This document shows, piece after piece, positions 21,801 to 29,900 of a stretch of 64,000 bases of DNA (the stretch's first letter is position 1; each line of letters begins with the position of its first letter). Both the position numbers and the translations under genes were made by a program. A model generated the notes under the pieces. It searched no databases, was not told where the DNA came from, and worked only from the letters and a program-made list of their open reading frames with translations. The stretch lies in assembly GCA_030753015.1 (NCBI GenBank), contig JASMDC010000013.1:1-64000 (forward strand). Reading direction: 5' to 3'. Source of the stretch: Candidatus Undinarchaeales archaeon. Its GTDB lineage: Archaea > SpSt-1190 > JASMDC01.

Positions 21801-21846
21801 GCATGAGCACCAATACCGTCCGCGTCGAGGATACCATGTTCAACAC
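18823..21846 (-). CDS. Secreted Ig/macroglobulin-like multi-domain protein (module 2, gene 3)
   Basis: Signal peptide (TVLVLMLMLTLLATAA); TDKDTYEVGDTV and EKAEYIVGDTV MG-type motifs; paralog of 3160-6045; acidic tail. Confidence 0.82.
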   Translation of the reverse strand: MLNMVSSTRTVLVLMLMLTLLATAAGNKIERIEEIADVSKTPINDVTVILHNIEQTLFENINKPEVLEAVCSNIKPSYTKKCTPKVDRDRRTITFHLRTIKNLIDVSAGYSPNSLTPKLKLYYVPLNFLIVDEYEDVGTRSIEFQLPTFGFTLEDIKSKKDIAIDFPVQCPDGTIDCWRSVDIPTDKDTYEVGDTVFLNEKVDFALWTIFNMTWGATPLSEIYKCFNCTKMTLPTSYGPFEFDCRRFPSNICPLGEIMVHAIYKKEGDKHLYNASRMVTFKPAEFLVYIYVGKGDGSIAESLFLGETMIVGALALERKVTGCVIKLMRGKQVLYQTKTLPECSMVPIMTDTSWPEGEYVVVAEITNDLGATSAATQKVFLVSPGTDIPVPVSMEKAEYIVGDTVALYINTPGERCVVELVNYTGMAVETLYERAFPCGAIKFEIPESIIPGVYQLRVKVYRGEEYGVHVVTFKINEWIPKSKRGTDLDRLCLDGMLGLRDVDIPCIGPEVLCQPSTDDFPVCLCFRKDGMLTDVCEFNERCLESSCRRESTGVPFVVLEEGGDRYAVTGLQKLPFVTQYEMCPTHCICSDMDASFYHVCGSGEMCTRDDCYTPLLSSRLISFSPDNVRQNDIALGEGKLEATIEVRYEGKTLTAGIDERSVNVVINGREIAPEEIEVKRRDFNWHVTVNLPKDMATHLNPGEKWVWIGVRYKGETTGVRSGFTVWYSVEKAEYNVKVHSLEPSTIAMDEVKHGSFLKMYLGVTDEEGTPVTELTRDDLTITLDGRKVQVFSMRYVPGIRQWVLTVVVRGQVNEGNRVLHVDVNRLGKSGKSADFLSVVGSQKVRVNINDVTPGSRYQPIFQVMERIGFDMDVMVSVKGRDIIPQSVITMDIVDPETNAKIKENLSPLYVSKSQEGYRIHFGGTTEESRLQFCGESVIGWKDMVLTFTEEVDAETGASATHTATGKVLFVRNPGEWKFFGQCEGGVEETTTAPDSGEEETSEDSEESG

Positions 21847-23933
21847 CTCTTGACCCTGTACACCGGTACGTACCCACGGGTCATGTTGACCGAGAACACC
21901 GAGTTCATGATGACATCCTTTGTCATGTCACGCTCGATCTCCGAGACCTCCGCGAAGGGCTTGACCTTGTAGCCGATATTGCCCGCAAAATCGCGGTTGG
22001 GGCTGGCCAGCAGGAGATAGTTACCACCCAGGACCTTCTCGAAAACGTACCGTCCGTCGACGTCCGTGTTGGTCGTAAGGTACTCGAGGCTCGTGTTGAG
22101 AGGAATGAGCTGGACGGTTATGTAAGAGGGTGGCATCCCTCCGATGAAGCCCAGCCGCTTGAACCGTCCGCGGTCGCCCTCCTCGCACCCTCCCGGATGG
22201 ATGATCGCCTCATCGGACGGAGAGTAGCAGTGGAGTTTCGCGTCCTTCTGACAATAGATTGTCGTGTTGACCATCACGGCCCCTTCGACGCGATAGTACT
22301 CGCTCAGGTGGAGGTCGAGGGTCCCCGCAGGAAGGGCCAGCTTGGTACGGAGGGGTGCGTACTGTTCGATGTACTCGCCGCCGGGGATGACACGCACGTC
22401 CCTGATACCGCACGGGACATCGTTAATGGTGACGTCGGGCGTTGTGAACCGTGCTCGCTTGTCCTTGCAGGGTTCTACTATGACCTCGCCCTCCCGCGGC
22501 CCGTGGATGCGCACGGAGAGCGAGCACCGTCCAGCGCACTCAAGGTCGAACTCGTCGTTGAAGGTGGTCGGGAGGGTGATGTCCGTCTTCGCCTCGTCGC
22601 CGAGCTCCAAGTACGGGTAGATGACGAACCTGAACTGGAGAGGCTTGAGAAGGGTCGAACCGCCCAGGATCTTGCCTGTAGGCAGGAGGTCGGTGATGGA
22701 AACCTCCACGGGGAAGCTCGCCGAGTAGTTAGCCTTGTAGGATTTGTAGCGGTTCCCGGCAGAGCAGCTCTGGAAGCACCCCGTGTCCTTCTGGGTCTTA
22801 CCCTCGACCCGGAGGTTGTCCTGCTTGCTGTTGAGAGTGAGGTTGAGCTGAGGATAGCACTCGTCCATCCCACCAATGAGGCTCTTGAAGTTCCAGTTGA
22901 AACCCTTCATGAACCCAAGCACATCAGCCTCGTTTGCAGGGTCCATCTCGATGACGAGGTTGGCGTCAGCGAGGTACTTGAGCATCATACGCTGGTACTC
23001 CTTCGTCTGGGCCTTAGAGGAGAAGATCGTCGTGGCCACCACCACATCATCACCGAACGAGCCCTTGATGCTCTTCGCGTCGGAGCCCTTGGCCTCGAAG
23101 GGGATGTAGATCTCCTTCTTATCACCTGGCAGACAAAAGCCGAAGTGCGGTTTTCCGGTTGTATCGGGGAGATTGAAGGGTTTGCAGATGTGCTGTGTCG
23201 ACGGCCGGGGGAGACGGAAGTCCTGATTCACTATATAGTCGATCCAGAACTCGATCTTCCGGTACCAGGGGTGTGAGACCCTCTGGTCCGATATGGGAAT
23301 CGTGTACCGGTCGTCCTTCTGTGCGTAGAGATGGACGAACGCGTACGCGAGCTTGCGGAGGCGGAAGATACGCAGGGGGAGGTTGACGTCGAAGCTGAAT
23401 TTGAGATCCCCCTCGATGTCGTTATACTCGAGCTTTATGGGGATATTCACCTTCACTTTGACGAACATGTCCCCCACCTGGAGGTCCTCCTCGCCGATCT
23501 CGATATGCTCACCCTCGATCTCGATCTGGGAAACCCGGTACTGCTTCTTCTTGACGAGATTGTGGAGGTTGCTCTCGATGCGACGCGCGATCTCGAACCG
23601 CAACATACGCTTCATGGCGTCCTCAGTGGGGACGTTGGTAACCTTTCCTTTGTAGAAGAACACGGGAAGGCCGTGGTAGTTGGGTTCGGGTATGTTCTCC
23701 GCGGTGAAGCCGCCCGTCTGGCCAACAGCATTGGCGGCCTCGTACACGCTTGTGCGGACAATGTCGTCGACGATGCGTTCAATTTGCTCAGCATATTCTT
23801 TCAGGTTCTCTGGATCAGGATCAGGTCGCCGAATCTTCTGTTCTTCCTGGAAATAGTATATCACAAAAATAATAACGATTGAAATGGCCATCAGCCCAAT
23901 AAGTGCCATCTGCGCACGGGTCCGAGGCGCCAT
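21840..23933 (-). CDS. Large type IV pilin-like protein with class III signal peptide (module 2, gene 2)
   Basis: MAPRTRA|QMALIGLMAISIVIIFVIYYF; own TATA-like box (TTAAATA) at ~23960; paralog of 6033-8108. Confidence 0.82.
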   Translation of the reverse strand: MAPRTRAQMALIGLMAISIVIIFVIYYFQEEQKIRRPDPDPENLKEYAEQIERIVDDIVRTSVYEAANAVGQTGGFTAENIPEPNYHGLPVFFYKGKVTNVPTEDAMKRMLRFEIARRIESNLHNLVKKKQYRVSQIEIEGEHIEIGEEDLQVGDMFVKVKVNIPIKLEYNDIEGDLKFSFDVNLPLRIFRLRKLAYAFVHLYAQKDDRYTIPISDQRVSHPWYRKIEFWIDYIVNQDFRLPRPSTQHICKPFNLPDTTGKPHFGFCLPGDKKEIYIPFEAKGSDAKSIKGSFGDDVVVATTIFSSKAQTKEYQRMMLKYLADANLVIEMDPANEADVLGFMKGFNWNFKSLIGGMDECYPQLNLTLNSKQDNLRVEGKTQKDTGCFQSCSAGNRYKSYKANYSASFPVEVSITDLLPTGKILGGSTLLKPLQFRFVIYPYLELGDEAKTDITLPTTFNDEFDLECAGRCSLSVRIHGPREGEVIVEPCKDKRARFTTPDVTINDVPCGIRDVRVIPGGEYIEQYAPLRTKLALPAGTLDLHLSEYYRVEGAVMVNTTIYCQKDAKLHCYSPSDEAIIHPGGCEEGDRGRFKRLGFIGGMPPSYITVQLIPLNTSLEYLTTNTDVDGRYVFEKVLGGNYLLLASPNRDFAGNIGYKVKPFAEVSEIERDMTKDVIMNSVFSVNMTRGYVPVYRVKRC

Positions 23934-23975
23934 CCCAAGAATGATTAGGGCACTTGCAGTATTTAAGGTTAAGCG

Positions 23976-26900
23976 TCACCCGGCGCGCGAAGCGTGGCAG
24001 GGGACGCAGCAGGTGGCCGTCTCGGCAGAGAGCTTGCTGCCATGGACCGTCTCTTCGATCCGGGGCGTTATCCCCGTTGGACAGAAACAACCTTCGATGC
24101 GCATGTACCTGCCGCCGTTCATGTCCTCTCGGGTCATGCATGCACTGCCGGTGCAGTAGACAAGGTCGTACCGGTTGGAGGGCGGATCGTCCGGACAGGT
24201 GACGTCCACAGGAGCTTCGTCAGGCACTGACGTGTCCGGGACTCCTTCTTGGGTGCCCTCTTCGGCTACCTCCCCCTCCGGCACCCATGCGGGAGCGTCC
24301 TTGAGGTCGGCGAAAGTGCTCGCCTCGATCGTCCCCTCCGGCACCTCAAGATCGCCATCGTCCTCCCAGGCGTCCTCGACCGGAGCCCCCTCACACGGGT
24401 GATCCGCGGGAACGTTGAGCCGTGTGCGTGCCGCCGGTCCCGGCACTAGTCGCCACGGGATGTCGTCGCCACCAACTGCCCGGATATGCGCTCGGAACGT
24501 TCCCTGACGCTGTGGGCGCACATTATTTGATGATAATAGGACATCACCGCCACCAGCGTCCACGGTGATGTGGGTACGGGTCAGTCCCAGCACAGTGCCG
24601 CTCCGCTCGTGCAGAAGCCCTACCTCAACAGTACCGGAGAAGCTGGCGGTCGTGGGATTCTCAAGAACGACGTTCACGGATACCAGATCGCATGGACCGA
24701 TCGATGCAGCTCGCAGCGACTCGGTCTCGTCAACGAAGGACACGTCCGTCGCTATTAGGGTCGGTGCGACCACTCTGATCCCAGGACCGCCGGTCTCATC
24801 GAGCACCGGGACGCCAAAATCGTTGACTACCGTGACCTTTGCTCGTATGCGTTTCCCAACGTCCTCCACTCGCACGTCATGACCCTCGCCTTCCACGGTG
24901 AAGGACTCCCCGGGTGGGACTCCCGCGACGGGGATCGCGTCAGTCGTAATGGCGCGTCCGCGCTCGTCGACCACGGCGACGGTGACCATCGCGTCCAGGG
25001 GGCTGTTACGGTTGTTCCTCAGGACCGCCACGGGATACACCCTCGCGCCCACAGTGGTTGCACCTTCGCTCACGTCGCCCTCCATCCGTGCCTCGTCGAG
25101 CCCGGGCTGTCCAAAGGCGACCCTGAGTGGCGTGCCCAAGATACGCTCTTCAAGGACCGAGCGCTCGCCCGTCATCGCTGACATCCTTAAAGCGAGGGTC
25201 GCAGCCCCTCCGGAACCGAGCAGGCTATCGCTCACCGTGGTAGGTGTCGTACACACGACGACGGTGTCGCCGGACGACAGTATGACCTCGTCAACAGCCT
25301 CTTCACCCTCCACAAGGCCCCGGCGGTCGACAAGGGCGGACGTCACCGTTCCGCGGAACTGGCCCATACCGGTGTTCTCCAACTCCGCGCACCCGACCAC
25401 CTCCTCATCGAAGAAGGCCCGGTGAGGGCCATCGGGTCCCACTGGCTCTCCCTCCACCTCGAAGATGGTGCTAACCACCCGCAGGTCGGAGAGCTCGTCG
25501 CGGACAGCGTCCGCCAGGTCCACGTCCAAGGGGCCCATGCCGTTGCACAAGCACGCGAACCGTCCCTCCTGGGCGTTGAACGCGTTCGTGAACCCTCGGC
25601 ACCCGTACTCGTCGCGGCAGTACGTCTGCAATGCTCGGTACACGGCTGCGCCTTGCGGAAGTGGGCATGGTCTGCCCGTATGGACGCCCACGGGATCGTC
25701 ATCCCAGGCACAGTGGCACTCGCCCGCTACGGTACCATCAGCGGATACCGAAGCGCGACAGTAACCGTAGAGGCTTCCCGGGACACCACCGGGCGAGCGG
25801 AACATGCTACATGCGTCCTGGCACGAGACCGCCTCATGCACGCGCTCGTAGGGATCCAGACCTCCCCCCTCGATATCGAAGCATTCCGGATCGGGGAAGA
25901 TCCGGCGGACATCTAGTGAAGCGATGGACGCGATGGTCGCCTGGAGCAGTGTCCGACGTGCGATCTCCCGCCCACGGTCAGCGGCCTTGAGCGAGCAGAC
26001 CATGGGTATCGGGCCGGGATAGCTGGCGTTGATGATGAAAGCCGTCCGGTCGGCCAGGGTGTCGAACGGATAGGGATGCTCGACATCGCAATCGACCGGG
26101 TTCACCGACCAGATCTCATCGGGACATCGCACGCAAGCAGGGAAAGTACCCTGTTCGTTCGGTCCGGTGGTGGGATTGCCGCAGGCGAACGTACAGCTTC
26201 CCGGGACGATACCCACACCCTCGTCACCGAAGACCGCGCCGTTGGCCGTAGCCAAGGGTCTGTCGCGGAGCGCGTCAGCGATCCGATCGCCCAAGCACTG
26301 CTCGTCCAGCTCACCTTCGGCAGTGCATGCCGGTGCTCCGCGTTCGTGGATGCCCTGGAAGCATCCTGTGTCGTCACCGCCCGTGCACTGACATTCACCG
26401 TCGAGGAGCGTCGCGAGGACCCCTTCGTCGTACTTGGGAGAGAGCATGAACGGTATCTGCTGGTCGGCCTCCACGACAATGTCGTGCGCGATGTCCCAAA
26501 GCATTCCTACAGGAGCGACGGCATCCTCGCTCACTGCGTCAGCTGGCATGTCCCGATAGAGATCGCGTAGCAGGTCAGCCGCTCCCGGCTCGAGGTCGCC
26601 ACGCGCGGCAATGACGAGCTGCTCGAGGAGGAGGCTGAAATCATCTAGGATCAGGTCGGAAGTATCCGCATGTGCGGCCGCCTCGAACAGCTTGGCAGCC
26701 ACCTCGCCGTTCTCGAAGGCCACGCAGGCATCATGTCTGGGCTTCCAGAGAGCGACCAACGCGCGATAAGCATCATCGTTGCCCTGGCCGGATTCGGGGA
26801 ATGGAACGCACGCGCATGGATCCATGTCAGGATAGGGCGCGTTTGCAATGCACCTTGACGCTTCCTGCATTCGTTCCCACCCTGCGTCCATCCCCTGCAG

Positions 26901-29900
26901 TGTTGTGAGATAGGCGTCCAGGAACGTGTCCATCTCGTCCAGTCGCTCGATAGAACCGCAGGGATTATCTGTGCCTTCTTCCATGATGATGGTGCGTAGG
27001 TTGGCCCCCAGTTCGGCGGTGGGTGCGCCGTTCCATGTGACGTTCGAGGTGAAGACACGCAGACCGCGCAGTGTGCATGCGCGCTTGGTACGGAGGACGT
27101 CGCGGACGCAGGTCGCGATACCCTCGGCGCTGGGTGCCGGCTCGGTACCGGGTGCACCGGGGGCGACTGAATCCCCTTCGGTCATGCAGGTCCCAACACG
27201 GGTAACCAATGGGCACGCCTCTACGTCGAATCCCTCCCACTGCGTGCATGTGGCCGTGCAGAGTGCGGCAGCGCTAGCATAGCTGAGACCGTCGGCGAAG
27301 TACACGGACAGTCCCGCTTCGTCGTGGTCGGCGATTGCGTTACCGATAAGTGGCGGGGCGTCCTGGTCCGTGCTCGTGCATCCTCCATAGGTCGCCCCGA
27401 GCACGCGGACATCGGCCAGACATCGTCCGCACTGCTGTTCGAGGACGTTGCGGAGCGCAAGCAGGTCGTCGCGCACGCGCGAAAGGAGCGCACGCCGCGC
27501 CCGCAGGTAGCCGTCCAGGTACTCGAGCCTACTAACCTCGCTCTCGTGGTGGAAGGATACGCACCGGCCGTCCGGTAGAACCCTCAACACATCGTCAAGG
27601 CACTCCTCTTCCGGATCCCCATCCCGGCAGGGCTTTGGGGACCGCATGGCCGCGTCCTGGAGCTTGCCGAGCTCGTCGTCCGGTGACACGGGTACCCACT
27701 CGCCATCGCACACGGCACGGTCGGCCCCCTCACCGCATCTCGGGGTGATATGGACCGCGTCGTTGCCCTCGGCATCGCACACACCGGCCACCGCCAATGG
27801 CAGGGTTGCTCGCTCCCGGTCCCGGAACCGTGCTCCGACAGCACCGCCCTCCGGGGCCAGCCGCCACAGGTCCGCCGAGTACGAGAACAGGGGCTGGGTC
27901 CAATCGAGGCCATAGCCCTTGTTAAGGCTCTGTCTTGCGATTCCGCGCCAGGCACTGTAATGGAGCGCCCGCTGACGCAGGGCGTGCTTGGTCATTCCTG
28001 TCGCCGTACCGATGGCCAATCCCATGTCCTGAAGCACTTCGGTGGCTGTGAGAGAGGTCGCCTTACCCATCACGTCAAGCCCACCGTCCAACGCCTGGGC
28101 GTTCACCTTCTCGATCGCTTCCAGGACCAGGTCCCGTGCTGCGGGCTGGCCGCCGGACAGCGCTTCTCTCGAAAAGACCCGCTCGAGCGCCTCCCGGATG
28201 GGGCCGATGAAACCTACGCTCCCGAGCATGTCTATCGCTGCACGCTCGGTGATACCGAAACGAAGGGCGATCCGCCGGCCGGTCCGCTTGATATGTGCCT
28301 CGAGGAGGATTGCATTGAGACCGTCCACCATCTCACGTTGGAACTGCGAATGGGCCGCCGCGGTTGCCTCCTCGAACGCCTCAGGTGTCAAGGTCTTCCC
28401 GCCCCGCGCCATGAACTCCTTGTTGAGGTGCTTGGCATAGATCGCACCCGTGTCGATGGACGGGAGGAGCTCGTCCAGGTAGCTGTACGTTGCCGCACGG
28501 AGCGTTTTCCCGTCGGAGAACCGGGAGACGAGATGCCTCAGGTCCATGTTGTTCGCGACCCCCTTCAGGGCCGAGGCCCTGCTGACCATTCCTGGAGGAT
28601 ATTTACGTGAAAAGAACTCGACCTGTGCGTCGAGCATCTTCCTGCTCAAGGTTGCCGGATCGCCTGCGAACGGGCCCGCCTCTTTCGCTCCTTTCGCGAA
28701 GGCAGCTCGTGCCTGCTTGAAGGCCTCGTCACCTATCCGCTCTTTTAGCAATAACTGACCCTCGGGGCCGATAGCGTCGAACCCTTCACGAAGGAGTAGG
28801 TATTTCGTCCGTTTACCTGTACCGGTCACCGGTCGCGCGAGGATCTTGCCCAGCCCTTCTGTCATCTCTATGGCCACCTTCTCCACGTTCAGTTCTGAAA
28901 GTCCCTTCCCGATGGTCCGGCCGATATCGATACCGAGCTCCCTGGACCCTAAAGGTAACCGTTTCGGCATGCGTGCGTTCATACCAGCCATGAGAGCGGT
29001 GGCCTGGTCGACCGAGAAACCTATGGTATGGAGCCTTTCGGCCACGGTCGCCCATCCATCGCCGTCCAGAGCATCGAGATGACGCAGCGCGTCATCCGTG
29101 AACTTGAACCATCCGCCCTGCTTTGGAACAGTGAATGCACCATTGTCCCAGATCTCGGGTACAAGGGTCGAGGGGGACCTGAATGTGTACCTCGGTGGAG
29201 CTTCCATACCCCTGCGCATCATATCGTCAAGACCCCTGCCCATGCGCTCGGCCAGTTCCCGCTGCACGTCGTCGGCAGGCTCTGCAAGGATCAAGCGCGC
29301 TGTGTCGAGGGCGGATCTGGCGGTCTCACCGGCCGTCACCTTGACCGCGAACTCCCCGGCCTCCCCTCCGGCCTCCTCGGCAAGCTCTTTGGCTGCCCGT
29401 CGCACCGAGTTCGCGCCAGCCGTCGCGGCCCCTTCGGTCACCTCCATCCCGAGCCGGGTGGCGACCTTGGGAGCGTAGTGCGTGAGCAGATAGCTGCCCG
29501 CACCGCCGACCTTCGTGTTGATCCGCATAGGGAGATAGTAGGGGCTCCGTGCCAGATACTGGGCCGCATCGGTGCCCGCTTCCGTCGCGAGCTTCCCATG
29601 CCCCGTGATCTCGGCGACCGCGCTGGCCGCCCCTGCGGTATAAAGCAGCGATGCCCCGTGGCCGAGGAGCTCGCCCGTGCCGGACTTCGAGTATCCACCT
29701 GTGTAGAGGTGCATGCAGTACCCGTCATCGACGCCTGGCAGCGCTTGGTCCGACTGGTGGTAGAGCAGATCGGCCATGAGGGCCGGATCGAGCTCCCGGA
29801 AGTACGGATTCACCTGCTCCTCGCCGGCCCCTACCAAGTCGGATACGACAGGGTAGGTAGTACCCTCGTTCTCCACGTGCTCGATGATGGACGTACCCCG

